The translations under genes and the position numbers were made by a program. From Podarcis tiliguerta (lineage: Eukaryota): DNA of 64,000 bases. The first letter of the stretch is position 1, and each line of letters begins with the position of its first letter. Location of the stretch: the NCBI GenBank assembly GCA_965153285.1, contig OZ229119.1; one strand, 5' to 3'. Of this stretch, positions 1 through 13,756 are shown in pieces. The notes under the pieces are model-generated. The model was not told where the DNA came from. It saw only the letters and a list, made by a program, of their open reading frames with translations, and ran no database searches.

Positions 1-860
1 CAGAGCCTCTGGCTTGGAAGATTAAGTCACTTAATCTCTACTTTCTTCTAAAGTTGGTTTGCATAGGATTCCCCCTATCCTATCCCACCTTACATATAAT
101 CTGTTGATTTGCTGGACCTACAGCCTGGCTCTTCCCCCATTCATAGAACAGCGGTTTATGCTAGGATAACTGGAAACCACCTTGAGGCAACTGTCTTATG
201 TGAATACATTGCATTTTCAAGATGACCTCTTCCTTTCCGCCATCTTTTGTGGTCACAGCCAGGGTGGTGAAAGCAGCAAAAGTGTATTTCCACCATGATA
301 GGTCTTTTCTCTCCTTTGCCTTCAGCAACTGCACAACAGGCAGAAATCCAGCAAGTGAAGCCTCCTCTATCCTTCTCTATCTGCATGTAAAGAAAGGCTT
401 TACCTCCTGAATTGCAGCTGTTAAAAGGCCCCAGATCCCCACCAGGAAGCAAACAAATAGCCTTGGCAATCCTATTTAATATATGGGTTTGGATAAATTG
501 GAAATTTAAGTCTCGATGTTAGCAACTGTGAGTATGTAGAACAAGAGGATGGAAGTTATTAGAGACTGAGAAAACTCTTCGTGCTGTGTTTGCACCTACC
601 CTTTGTACTTACCCCACCTGTAAAATGGGGTGTGGTGGGTAGTTGTACTTACTTCAGCTGCTATGCTTTTAGGATGAATGCAGTAATTGCCTTATGGATA
701 CTTACAACTGACAAATGAAATAGCAAAGGGGTACAGCAGCACAGCAGGGACCTACTTCTTTGTCCATAGCAAATAAAAGAGTAACGAGGACTTTCTGTAC
801 CAGTTTTGTTGTGCCCCAGTGCTGCTTCTTTAATCTGGATATCTGACTTAAGGGAGTACA

Positions 861-1084
861 GAAATTTCCTTCCTTCTGAGAAATTGCTACTCGTAGTGAT
901 CGCTTAAACCCTCTTCCTGCTCTTAAAACTGGTGCTTGCTTTTTATAGCAACGGCCCAGGAATTCTAATGCTTTTGTTTCTTCTCTGGAAATACTGCGGT
1001 ACTATGGAAACAATTTGAAATCTAGGGTGTCAACAAAGAAGAGCTATAGGAGATGGGCAGTAGATACAGAGAGTGAAAGAACTG
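861..1084 (+). promoter_or_regulatory. ARHGDIB: Probable ARHGDIB promoter and non-coding first exon
   Basis: STAT-type TTCTGAGAA (874-882), ETS core CTTCCT (913-918), TTAAAA (923-928) and a donor ACTG|GTGAGG at 1085. The exon end resembles my recollection of the mammalian ARHGDIB 5'UTR; not verified. Confidence 0.5.
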
Positions 1085-1348
1085 GTGAGGCGAGCAGACA
1101 GGGAGGGAGGGAGCAATCTTTATTTTTGCTTGCCTTGTTTTTTCCTAAGGCCATTTTTGTTAGAAAAAGAGAAGGTAGACTACATGGATCCTTTTTACAG
1201 AAGCCCTCTAAGCTACATGGAGTATGAGCCCATGTTTGTGGCCTGTACGTATATTTTTGCAACGTCCCACATTAAAAGCACTGTTTGTTAGCCCCAGGCT
1301 TCTGTTCTTTTCCTGAGACTATCTGGGCTCTACCTGCTTTCTTTAGAC

Positions 1349-1495
1349 CAGTGGCGTAGCGTGGGTTGTCAGCACCCGGGGCAAGGCAAGTAATTTGCAC
1401 CCCCTAACCCGTGGATTTGCGCCCCCTAACCCTAACCCCCAGATGTTGCGCCCGGTGCGGCTGGCCCCCCCTGCACCCCCTACGCTACGCCACTG
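1349..1495. mobile_element. hAT-type MITE
   Basis: TIR CAGTGGCGTAGCGT / ACGCTACGCCACTG; perfect 8-bp TSD CTTTAGAC (1341-1348, 1496-1503). Confidence 0.9.
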
Positions 1496-2962
1496 CTTTA
1501 GACTGTTGCTGTTTTTAATCTACTCTGATGTGCAATGGACCTTTGGAATCTATGCTATGCTGTGCATCCTCCCCTTCATTCCTCTTTCCACTAGAAAGTC
1601 TTTTCCTGTTCTATTGAGGTGTCAGCAGTCCAAATTCATGTTAGTAGATGGTCATCATGTGCCACAGCAGTGCTGTTTGGAAAGAAACCATTTGTCTTCT
1701 TATCGTAACTCCTAGTTGAGGTGGAGCTGAAGGAACAGAGTAAATGTAGTTGGGTAATTTGAGTATGTTGAATCTGGAAATTGCTGTTCCTGAGCTGATT
1801 AGTCAACTGGAAACCTGGAATTCAAGGTGGAACCCATACTGGTGTATTGAACTAATACTTCCTGCTTCTATAGCTGGTGGTGCCTGAAGGAAGCAATTAA
1901 CTGAATTGGGACTTTCAAGTACCTACAAATCAACCAAATATGTACCCAAAGTATCTGACACAGTATTGATTCTTGCTGACCATATAGTGCTATGAAAGCG
2001 TATTCATTCTTTGAAACTGGGTTTCTTCTGTGAATTGTTTGGGTTTTCATGATATGATATTTGGTATTTGGTGCTTTTCATTTTTTGATGTATTCATTTA
2101 TTTCACAGCGGAAGTGGTTTCATAGTCATCCCCTTCCCCCTAGACTCATCGGAGCTGTAGTTTTATAAAGCTGCCCAGGGTGTTTGTGCTCTAACAGGAA
2201 ATTCTTAGCATCTGTACCAGACTACAATCACTAGGATGGTTTAGCTAGTTAGATTGGAGTAACACTGATTTAAATATATTTATAGGATGCAATGCCTCAA
2301 TTCTTTCTTGTTGTTTGTTGTCATGGTCTGTAACCTTCCCCACACAATGTGGCTGAAACTAACAGTACTCAATCAAAAGTCATGACTCCGCCATGGCCTG
2401 TGAAGAACCTGATTCGCAAAAGCTCTGTCACTCACAGTGTGCAATGCAGCACATTAAAAAGGCTTTCCAGGCTTTGTTTTCTGCTTGTACATCAAGCCTC
2501 TGAGAGAGAGTATTTTACACACAGGCATACTTCCAATTGTAGTGCTTGCCCAGAAGGGTATGGAACTAGGAGGGTTCATAAAAATATAAATAAATGCAGT
2601 CAATCTGATCTTGGCATTGACTTCCCGGTGAACTTCAACAAGAACTGAGATTAGGAAAAAACATTTATCAGTAGCATCTTCTGGTAAGAGGTACATTTGA
2701 CAGCTCTGCAAACTGGGAACGGCAACCATGAAAAGAGTAAGTTGCCCAGGATCACATCTTACACTCATGACTAAGGATTTGACCCCAGATATCCCATGAT
2801 TAATATTCCATTCATTAGTTTAGGACAGTGTTGCGCATGTACAGTCCCACCCCCCTGCAGACAGGCAAACCAAAGTCCACGGGGAAGTCCACACACTCTT
2901 GAAGGAGCTCATAGTCAAAGGAGGAAATCTAGCTAGGGAGAAAACAAGAGCTTTTCAGTGTA

Positions 2963-3180
2963 CAGTTGTACCTTGGAAGTCAAAACAGAATCCGTTCCGG
3001 AACTCTGTTTGACTTCCAAAATGTTTGAAAACCAAATCGCAGCTTCTGGTTGACTGCAGGAGCTTCCTGCGGCCAATCAGAAGCTGCAGAAGCCCCGTCG
3101 GATGTTTGGGTTCCAAAAGAACGTTCACAACTGGAACAATCACTTCCGAGTTCCAGGGCGTTCGGGATCCAAGGTACTCA
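2963..3180. mobile_element. Degraded Tc1/mariner-like MITE
   Basis: TA|CAGTTGTACCTTGGA...TCCAAGGTAC termini with an internally palindromic body; right end imprecise. Confidence 0.6.
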
Positions 3181-6100
3181 CCAGTGAAGTGTTATGTAAT
3201 TAAACTGCCTCAACTTTAAAGTTCAGTAATGGTGGGGAAAGGAATCTCACTTGTCATTTCTCACTTGTCATAATAAATGCATATGTAAATTTGTTGGGGA
3301 GCAGTTTGGTGCGGGGAATCTTTTTGAGGGCAGGCCATCTATTTTCCTACAGAATTCAGAAATGGACATGAGTTTCTTCTGGTGCTGGACTTCTGCCCCA
3401 AGCTGGCTTTACCATGCAACCAGTTAAAAGATTTTTCAAAGGCTCCTGTGGGTGGTTTCATTGCTAGGCGTGGGTCTCTTAGAAATAAGCAGCTGGACTG
3501 AGGCTATGGGTTATTAAAATAAGAGGATTATTTTATGGTCCTTTCCTTTTTCACAGTTGCATACAGATTGGTGTTCTTCCATCCAGAATTCTCTCTTAAG
3601 TCCTGGGGTGGACTATTCTAGTCTAGATGGAAACCTAGTCTAGATGGATCTGCCATAGACATAACAATGCACACTCTCTGGGACCAAGCTCTGGAGTTAG
3701 TGGGGGAAAGTATAGCAATATGGATGAGTGTCACGGATGTAGGAGTCCACCTTCAAGTCATGCTTTGTCCAGGTCCCACCATGGAGATGTAGAAATTTGT
3801 GTTATTGAGTGGAGATAGATTACAGCTGGCTTTTTCCTGTATGTAACAAGAGCAGACAGCAGTGCTGTCTTTGGGACGAGGCACATAATCCCCCCTCTAT
3901 TTTTTTTGGGTAAGAGGTTGTGGTCCCCATTTCACTTCTTGTTGCATCCCTGTATTATTACACGTTTAAAAATAGGAGCGGTGGTGAACAAGAGGCACTG
4001 CAATTGCCAGCCTCCATAAATCGGAGAGGGCTGTGATCAACTGCTTCTCAGGAAAAGGCACAGAGAAGCAAACCCAACTTGTGCAAGGAACATTTATGGA
4101 GTGAGTGCCTGGTGTGTCTTCACTCTCCTTTTCTCCCTTTACATCTCTCTAATGCACCCCTTTGCTGAAGTCTATCTATTGAGCCTTTGCATTTAACCTC
4201 TTCTTTCTCTCTCACTTCTTTCAAGCAGATGTTTCTCTTTGTGTGTGTGTGTGTGGGGGGGCCTTTTGTTTCGGTGCTTTTGGGCACATGCATTTCTGAA
4301 CTGGGGAGGGCTGATTTATACTGGATAGCTAGCAAAATGCATTGCAACTCAGCATAGCTATATTCTCTGCATTACACAGTAATTTGAGTACCCATATTTT
4401 GGCGCACCTTTGAATGATCAAGTGATGCAGTTATGTAATCTTAGACTCTGAAGTCAGTGGCCCTTGTAGATGGCAAAGTGTATTACTTGAAGGTGTGGTA
4501 TGGCAGGCCTGCTGCACCTTCTGACGGCTGGGGCCCTGGACTTCTGCCCCAAAGTCCTGCTCTGATCGCATCATTGTGTACGCCTCTTTTTTTTGTGTGT
4601 GTGTGTGTGTGTGTGTCGTTACTGGTTCTTTATTTGATGGAAATGTGTCTTTGCTATGTGCAATTTACTGTAGTCTTATAGTTTGATAGTTCTGCATTCC
4701 CATTCATGCAAATATATCTCAACGTTTGATTTGCATGTAAGCAGCTGCCTCTTGACATCCAGAACTGCTTGAGGTCCACGTGGGAAGCTGTTTGTGTGTG
4801 GCCACTGGGCTTGGGCATTATGGTACAGCAGACTGGTTTTTTTGGAAGCTTGTGGTGGTGTGGTGGAATTATTTGCATTGCAAAGCTGAGAGGCGGCACA
4901 TGGCTTGCACTCACAGAACAGCCTCAGCAAGATTTCAATTTTTGTTGTCCACCACACTGCAGCTTATTTGTCTGAATGAAGCTTATAAACTACTCTTATC
5001 TTTGTCTTCCCGGTAGCACATGCAATCTTGTTTTGCTGCTGGCTAAGTATATTTGGCACCTCTCCTTTTTTGGATTAAAAAAGTGTGGTTAGGAATGATG
5101 TATTTATCACATGCAATTTTAAAAGCCACAGGTATACACACTATACCTTAAAAGGACATTCTTTCTCTCAGAGAATTCTGGAAATTGTAGTTTATGCCTC
5201 TCAGTAGCGCATTTCCCACCATTCCTTAGCAAACTACAGTGCCCAGAATTCTTTGAGAGAAAGAATGTGCTTTGAATGCAATTTAAAGGTATAGTGTGTG
5301 TACATAGGCACAGTGTATGCAGTTCAGGAATGGGGAGCTAGCGGCCTTCCAGAAATCAGCATGGCCCAAAAGTCAGGGATGGCTGTTGTTGTTCAACAAC
5401 ATCAGGAGGGGCGCAGGTTCCATATCCCTAGGGAAGACTTAGTTCCCATCTTTTTGGACACAGCACATGGGAGCTAACTGAGCATTCTAAGCTCCCAACC
5501 TACCATACTAGAAGGGGTTTGGATGGGGCAGAATGGAGGCCTTTCATGGATTATTAAAAAAAATATTACAGTCCAATGATTTGGAAAAAAGCAATGGAAG
5601 AAAAATGTCAGAATAATGGCAATTTGAAGGTTATTGTGAAAATGTGTGTGTGTATATAATTTTAAAAGGAGAAGGGCTTATTGGGCCCTTCCAGACTGGT
5701 TCTTTTTTTGCAGGTATATTTTGCAACATGTCATTGATGCAATAATAAAGTATTAGTGTTGGATTCATACTGGACTGTCCATGCAGCATTATAGCATTCT
5801 TGCCACCTGGAGGGCACTCTTGCACTGTGATGCAACAAAAATGGGACAAAAAACCAAAATCCAGAACATTTCTGGTATCAAAAGTCACTGGATTTCATTC
5901 AGATGTTACAGGGCATGCACTGATTGGTGACAAAGCAATATGACCTCCCCAAAACTTGCAAGTGGAAACAGTATTAAAAGAGCACTGAAAAGGGCATATG
6001 GAGTGGAACTGAGCCGCAATGAGACAGCTGCCAGTCAGTGTAGGCAGTACTAAGCTAGGTGGACCAGTAGTCTTACAGTATAGAACAGTTCCCATCTACC

Positions 6101-8537
6101 TACATAAAATGTAAACTCTTTGGGATTGATATGCAATCTGGGTAGATAGCTGGAGTGTGAACTACAAATGGTTTAAAAACCCTTCATTTATTATACAATC
6201 AAAGGACTGTGTAGGGTTGTGCCTCTTTCAAGATCAGATCCTATTCTACTCACCAACATGGTTTCAGAAGGCATGGCTAGTGTGATGTAGTTATTAGATT
6301 AGAATTAGGGAGACCTTGGTTCAAATCATCCATGCAGTTCACTGGGTTCATTTCAGCTGGCTGAGGATCCGTTGTTAAAGCTCAGTGTGCTTTACGAGTT
6401 GAACCTACGGAGTTATAAGTAAGCAGCACTGATTTTGCATCCCGAGAAACCGGTTTTATTCTAGGCACTTCTGTTCATTGCCCTGCATTTGTATGAGGGT
6501 GGGTACATAATATGTAATCCATTTATCTATCTATCTATATTTCCTGCATTTTGGAGGTGTGGCTGTGGCAGCTGTCATGGTGAGCTCCTGCACTTCAAAA
6601 TTTACCACTCCACCCACGTGCTTCTTTCCTCTGCCCCTCACCTCTCTTGTCCTGTCCATCACAGAGGTGTTCCAGACCTGCCCATCTTGGGTATTCATGA
6701 ACCCTCTCGCTGTTCCTTCCTCTGTTTTTGCCTCTTGACCTCAAACCACAAGAGGAGACGTGTTCTTCTGGTATTGCAAAGGGAGTGCCAGTTTCAGCCG
6801 CTGCTGAGAATGCAGCATGCTGATTTCAGCCTTTCTTACTTCCTCCTCTTTTGGAGAAGTTTCAGTGCTTAACGGCTGCTGCTGCTAGTAGGAGTCTGCA
6901 GCCAGGGCATGTGTTGTCATAGGAACAAACCACATGCTTCCTTCTTGCACAGGAAAAGGGACCTGGTCATAGCGCAGACAACAGCTATTTTAACTGTTGT
7001 GCAGTCAAGAAACTACACGATATTTGCAGCTGGATTCATCGGCATTCTTCATTTAATTTTTTTTAAAGCTTGTGTTATGAGCTCCATCCAGGTATTTCCC
7101 CCTCATTCCTTGCTTTTCTTTCTGAACGCCATCTCTCTAGCCTGTCCTTAACTGAGGCAAAGCCCTATAATTTGCTGCATGGCATATTTGATTGATTTTG
7201 GTTGTAGCGGAATTGATCAAGGCTGCAGTGGATCTCAGTTGCTGTGTTGCTCAGACGCTGTGTGTGGTGGGCTGTTCCTGTGTCAGCGTGCTGTGAAGGC
7301 ATTTGTTCCGCAAAGGCGGCTCCTGGTGGGGTTTGCTGGGTCGCTGCTGGAGCTGTGTGAGGTGTCTTGTTACTCAGAAGAGGAAGAGGCTATGTGCACT
7401 TAGCAGATTTTTCTGCTTAAATCAGTTCCAGCCTTGCATATAGGTCAAAAACGTTTTGAATCCAGTTGCAATGATCAGCTCTATAAATCAGTTCAATGAG
7501 CAACACAGAAGAGAATCCCAGAATTGCGAGCTGCAGGCTTGTTGTATTGATTCCCAGTGGGTGGTCACAGCAACCAGGTGTATCTGAAAACTGGAATAAG
7601 GTTTTCATCCACCTTGAAACTGAATTCTTGGATTGAAGATCTGCTAAAAGTGCAGGGGAATCTCTCCTGCTCAAAACTGACCAGTGTTCACAAGTTGCAA
7701 TGGGTATTTTGAGGTTCCACTGATGGAAATGTGTAGAAACCATAATATGCCAAGGGCTATAAATCAGTGCCAGGTTCTGTTTCCTCATTAGTTGCTCTCT
7801 GTGATTCCAGTTGGATAGAGGAAGAGGGAAGTGTGTTTGTCTGTATGTGCATGTGTGTATGCATTATATGCTTTATATGTGCTCAGATATGTTTTTCTCC
7901 TATATAATATTCGAGAGAGAGCTGCCGATTAGATTAGCTGACCTAGATGGCTGTGGATTTCTCTCTAGGTAGAAAAAAAATATCTTTGCTCACTGCCTCA
8001 GAACCTGGCCTAGATGCAGACTGTCAGCAGTTGGTTGTATTTTATAACTTTCTTTGTTTGGTGCCCAAAGAACCAAGTGCGACTTGGTTTGGTTTATTTA
8101 AAAAAGCCCTCGCTTGTTGGGTATGTCCCATTACATTGATGGAGGTAACTGACAGGGGCTGGAGTGACATCTTGTGCTGTTTGTATACTTTCTGTGCAGA
8201 GTATCTGGGGTTAGGAAGTGCTGCACAAATAATATTTTGCTAGGTAGGCTCCTGTTGGTTTGACAGGACCAGCAGCGTTCAGGCGCCAGCAGTCAGGCTG
8301 CTGTTCACATCTCTTTGTATAGAATTGACTGCAGTACAGCTGTTGCACGTCTGGACGCAACAGAATCTTAATTTTGAATACCAGAAAAATGTCAGTGACA
8401 CTTGTGCTTACAAAAGCATTTAGATGGCTGTTCCTTTGCTCTTTATTGCAGCGGAAGCCCAGCTAAGGACTTAGGAGCCCCACCAGCGTTGTGCTTTTAC
8501 AGTCACTGGCGGCTTCCTCTTCCGAGGCCAGACGACC

Positions 8538-8715
8538 ATGACTGAGAAAGACCCCGAGGTGCATGTGGAAGAGGATGATGATGAGCTAGATAGCAAATTG
8601 AACTATAAGCCCCCACCTCAGAAGACGCTTCAGGAACTGCAGGAGCTGGACAAGGACGACGAGAGCCTTGCAAAGTACAAGAAGTCCCTGCTGGGCGATG
8701 GACCTGTTGTGGCAG
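8538..8715 (+). CDS. ARHGDIB: Rho GDP-dissociation inhibitor 2, first coding exon
   Basis: MTEKDPEVHVEEDDDELDSKLNYKPPPQKTLQELQELDKDDESLAKYKKSLLGDGPVVA; donor GCAG|GTATGG at 8716; possible acceptors end at 8451 or 8502. DELD and LLGD caspase sites of RhoGDI2 are retained. Confidence 0.97.
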
Positions 8716-10806
8716 GTATGGCTCAAGAGACCTCGGTGGGAACGGGATTGTGGCACAGGGGTGGAGAACCTTTTTCGCTCCACAGGCCTGACCTCGTGGG
8801 CCAAAATTGATAGTGGGAGGGGCTTCCCGCATGGCAATCATGTGATGCCATTATGATGTCACATGTTTGTCAAATTTGGTTTGCTCTGATCTTAAAAGGG
8901 TAATGGTTGGAGGCCTGCAAAAACCTTTGTGGATCTCAACCCCCCTCCCCCCCTGCTTTGCTTCTAAGTCCTCAATCATGCACTGTTTTGGCTCTGATTT
9001 CTCATTATTTGATGAGTGGAGATTAAATCCTGCTCCCTAGGCTTCACCTTCCTGTTCCAGAATGAATGCAGCTGGTGCAGGATTAAATCCTGTGCTCCCG
9101 CTCATCACTTGATGTCAGCAGTTACATCAGCTGCTGGGCAGGTAGGTTGGGTTTGGGGCAAATGCCCAGCTGGGCCAAATTGGACTCCCCTGGCAGGCCG
9201 AGACTGGCCTGTGGGCTGAAGGTTCTCCAACCCTGATGTAGCAGGACACCTTTCAGAATAGGGAAGGAGCTGATTTGGCATTATGTAGCAGGACTAGCAT
9301 TGTTATGGATGAGAGAATATGAATAAGTCTTGAATGCGGGGAGCGAAATTATGTTGGTTTGCTATAAAAAATAATATTATTTTGTGTGGGTTGCTTATAG
9401 GAAGATTTGGGTTCTATTTTCAGCATCCAAATACATTCTCTCTTTGACTAGGGATACCTGGTTTCGAAGCTCAGAGTTATGAGCACTTGCGACCAAAAGG
9501 ATCATACCTAGCGGTGCTGAGAGAAACTCCAGCTGTGTACACACCATACATTTAAAGCACAGAGCCAGGGGAAAAAAAGAATCCTGTGTTTTACCCTGTA
9601 GAGAGCTATGATTCCCAGCACCCTTAAACTACAGCTCCCAAGATTCCTTCGTTGGGGAAGTGGGATGTGCTTTAAATGAATAGTGTAAACACAGCTTTCT
9701 GCTCACAATCTAGAGATCTGGTTCCAGTCAGGGTTAATAGCTCTAGGTGGGATCCTGTAGCACCTGCTTCACAGTGTATCAGTGCTTCCAATGCCACAGT
9801 TTTAGGAGGCATTCGGTACTTGCCTGTAACACGTACGCAGTAAAACCCAACTGAGTGAATTCATGCTTAGCTGCTCTCAGTTGGGGCCTTCGCGAATGTG
9901 TGGTTGAACATATTGGGAGGGACTCGTAAGAATTATTTTGGGAAGTGGGGATGTGGGATTGTTCTCGTTGAGCAGAGAAGGGAGCCTGGTATGTGCTCAG
10001 AAGGGTTGTTAGGCTGCAATCCTAAGCACATCTACTAGTGGGGGGAGGAGAGGAATAGCTTGTACAATCGGCAGAATCAAATGGCAGTGCTCAAGCGTGA
10101 CTGTAGCACTTTTAAGCTGGCAGGAACAGGAATCGTGCGGTTATGCGATTGAATACGCTCTCATAAAAAGAAGAGCAGGAGGGTATTTCAGCATGCAGAT
10201 AACACTTTGTGGCATAAAGTGTATAGATTCATCACATATTTCTAATCCTGGAATGCCTTTATCACCATTATTATTATTAGTAGTAGTATTCATTAAATGT
10301 ATTAGTGGTGGTTTTTTTTTTTTTTTGCAGCCGCAACTCAAAGCATCTTACAACATTTAAAGCAAACACATGCATTTAAACCAGCATTTTTAAAAAGTGA
10401 TTTTGTCTGAGAATTTTGGGCAGCGCTGGAGGCATGTTTGAGGGGACCCTGGGCAATGTGTCCCTTGTGGGGGGACTTTCCTCTGCTAGTGAGCCCCCCT
10501 GGTCTTACCTGGCTATGGTGGGGGCATACCAAGTCATGCTCGACAGCTGGGTCTCACGGTGCCCCAGAGCCATTGCCATCCAAGGGGCGTTGTGATAAAG
10601 GAAGAGTAGCTAGATCCAACTGCCTGATGTTGTTCAGAGCGCTAGGTCAAAAATTAAGGAAGGAATGGGGGGTGGGCGTGGGGGCACTAGCTGCTGCCCA
10701 AGGCTCTTTTCTACAGTGACTGATGCTGTAGAAGTCTTTGAGCAACAAAGGCATAGGACCTTGTTTCCTTAACAAGCTGACTTACCTACCTTTCCTGTTC
10801 CCACAG

Positions 10807-10890
10807 ACCCTACAGTTGCCAATGTGACCGTCACTCGGCTCACCCTGGTTTGTAACAGTGCTCCAGGGCCAATTACCATGGATCTCACTG
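10807..10890 (+). CDS. ARHGDIB: RhoGDI2 coding exon 2 (84 nt)
   Basis: ccacag|AC CCT...; [28 protein letters not shown]; donor G|gtaggt; phases match neighbours. Confidence 0.96.
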
Positions 10891-12551
10891 GTAGGTGAAA
10901 TTCTCTTCCTTTCACAGCATAAGGCCAGTGCTTTTCCCCCTGAAAGAAATGTTTAGGGGTACTCTCATTTTCCTGCTCATAGATTCACAAAATGTTTAGG
11001 GTTTTGTTGTTGTTTTTTGTCCCCTAGGCCACATCCATCCTTTCCTAACCCTCCAGGGATCACACACTGGTAGTTAGTGTGACCATCCTGCACTTTCACA
11101 TTCCTGCAGACACACTCACATGACATGCTTCTTCTCAGCTGATCTATGCAGATTATGCATTATTAGGTTATTGCCCTCTTACCCCCATCAAACAATTGAT
11201 TGGGGAGGGCTGACCAATCCTTCCTCCCATTCTGTATCTTAATTAATTTTGTTTTCTTACTGTTGTCACTGCAAAAAGAAAATTCAGGTCTTGTGTGGGG
11301 GAGGGAGAGAGAAAAAATGGTTGAGGGCTGATACAACAAGGGACACCAGCTGGTTGACAGGTGGGTGTTGATTGGGGGAAACGGCTTCATGGGCTGAATT
11401 GGAACCCCTGGGGGGGGGCAAGATTGGCTCACGGGGCAGAGGTTCCCCACCCTTGCTTAGTGAGTTTGCAGGTTAGGTGAGACTTGAACGGGGCACTCTG
11501 ATATCCTAGGTGCTTTATTCCTTTTGGATACGTTAAGTGGTTGGTTTTTGTTTTAAAAAAGCAAAAGAATTTGAGGATGCTTAAAAAAACAACAATGAAG
11601 TGACACATCTCTACAAGTAGGTCATAGAAACTTTTCCCAGAGTCCTATGAAGTGTACACAGAATAGTTCTTGCCAAGCCCTTTTTGCTGGCACAGACTAG
11701 AGCATCAGTCCTTTTTGCAGACTAAATCAGCAGTCTGCTTCACACCAGTGTGAGAGAGTCACGCTTCGCCTTATATGGACTTCTTATCTGAGAGAGGAAG
11801 TTGGGGCTCGGCAGAGCTAGGATGCTTCCTCTTCAGCTGAAATCTCTGGGGAGGCAATACCACAAACGGTTTCTTGATTATCTCAACATTATACAGCCTG
11901 TTTTGTGCGAGCGCCTAGGCTCCTCTCTAACCCACCTAACAACAGCTTCACCCCTTGCACAAACCCCCTCAGTGTCAGTGGCTCTTTGCACAAGAGAATC
12001 TCCCAAGGAGTTGTGCCTATCCCCCCCCCCCCCCAAGTTCATGGGACTGACAGAAAATGTGCTCATATACACAAACACACAAGTACACAGGCACATTTAT
12101 GGTTCAGGAATACATCCACAACACTATTCGCAACCATAAAGTATAGATATCGCAGGCATGTTAAGACTGTTATCTATGCAACGTAAACAACTCGAATAGC
12201 AATTTTCTTTGTTTAGGGAACCTCAACAACTGTCTGCGTAGGGGAATGTTCAAGATCTCAATCAAAGATGTCGCAGTGCCTCTTCAAACACCTCCCAGGA
12301 TTCTTTGGAGAATGCTCTTTTAGTTTTAATATATTTGTTTAAAACATGTATATGCCTTCATCAAACATACTCCAGTTTACCTTGTGTGAAATCGATGCAT
12401 ATTTGAAGGGCAGATGTTTAAATGTCCACATGTATCACAGTCCTTCAACATACTATAGTTAGAACAGTCTATGGGTAAATGTGTTCTCTTGTGTCTTGTC
12501 TTCTTCACAAGATTAACTGGGTGTCTCTCTTCTCTCCCTGACCCACCTCAG

Positions 12552-12628
12552 GGGACCTTGAAGCTCTCAAGAAACAGACATTTGTAATAAAGGAAGGATC
12601 TGAATATTGCGCCAAGATCCACTTCAAA
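12552..12628 (+). CDS. ARHGDIB: RhoGDI2 coding exon 3 (77 nt)
   Basis: cctcag|GG GAC CTT...; [26 protein letters not shown]; donor AAA|gtgagt. Confidence 0.96.
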
Positions 12629-12887
12629 GTGAGTCACTCTTCTACTTGTGTTTTCTGTGGGTGTCTAGTGCTGGGTTCTGCCCCCTGCTGATGCCTGGTG
12701 CAATGCAAACCTGTGTATTGGGTTGTAGGTTCACATGTTTCAAACCCTGACAGTCTAAATAGTAAAAGCACTGCTAAATTAAAAGGGTATATTGTGCAAA
12801 GACAGCAGTAGGCTGTACCAGGCCAAAATGGCTTTCCACAATGCAGGCACTTGCATTCCTAAACCCCACTTGCATTCCTAAACCCCA

Positions 12888-13354
12888 CTGTAGTTTTCGC
12901 TCCATAAGACACACCTAACCATAAGACACACCTAGTTTTTAGAGGAGGAAAGGGGGAAAGCCCCGGTTTTTTGAGGATCAGCTCAAAGTTGTGCAACTTC
13001 TTTTGCAAAGGGGGAAAGCCCCGGTTTTTTGAGGATCAGCTCAAAGTTGTTGAGCTTACTTTGCAAAGGGAAAAAAATCCTGTTTTTACGGGGTTCAACT
13101 CACAGTTCTGAAGCTTCTTAAGGAAAGGAAAGGGAGCCGTTTCTACAGTTTCCAGACAGATAATCTGATCAGCCAGTCGCTGGGGAAACAAACAGCCTCC
13201 GTCTGCAGAACATTCAACAATGGAGGCCTGGGCAAGGGGGCGGGGCCAGAAAGGGAGCCAGCAATCGACCACACATTCGCTCCATAAGATGCACAGACAT
13301 TTCCCCTTACTTTTTTGGAGGAAAAAAGTGCGTCTTATAGAGCGAAAAATATGG
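12888..13354. mobile_element. Non-autonomous Tc1/mariner/pogo-like DNA transposon
   Basis: Imperfect ~27-bp TIR CTGTAGTTTTCGCTCCATAAGACACAC / GTGCGTCTTATAGAGCGAAAAATATGG|TA; internal ~40-bp duplication. Confidence 0.75.
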
Positions 13355-13614
13355 TAGTTTATATTGTTATTCTTTAATGTATTTTATTGGAATGGTAAAT
13401 GTTGCAGATCAACCAGAGTGGTGCTCCCCACCAGAAGTACAACATATAAATGTTTCAATAGTTGTCTTTTCAAAAAAGTTTTTTACAATGTTTACCGCTT
13501 TCATAAAATCACCCTTTTTTCAAATCTCATTACTGTGATATTGTTGTACTTCACAGAGAATTTTACACTTGTGCAAAACTGACTTGAAGGTGCACTTGGA
13601 GAAAGGCTTAAACT

Positions 13615-13756
13615 CAGTGCTTTTTTCTGGGGGGACCCAGGGGTATGCATACCCCTAAACATTTTGTGTATCTAAGTTTGGCCTCATTGAGGGCAGTATT
13701 TCAATATGAGTAGGAAAATGAGAGTACCCCTAAACATTTATTTTTTAAAAGCACTG
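13615..13756. mobile_element. hAT-type MITE
   Basis: TIR CAGTGCTTTT / AAAAGCACTG; 8-bp TSD CTTAAACT / CTTAAACA; a related fragment lies at ~10926-11000. Confidence 0.8.
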
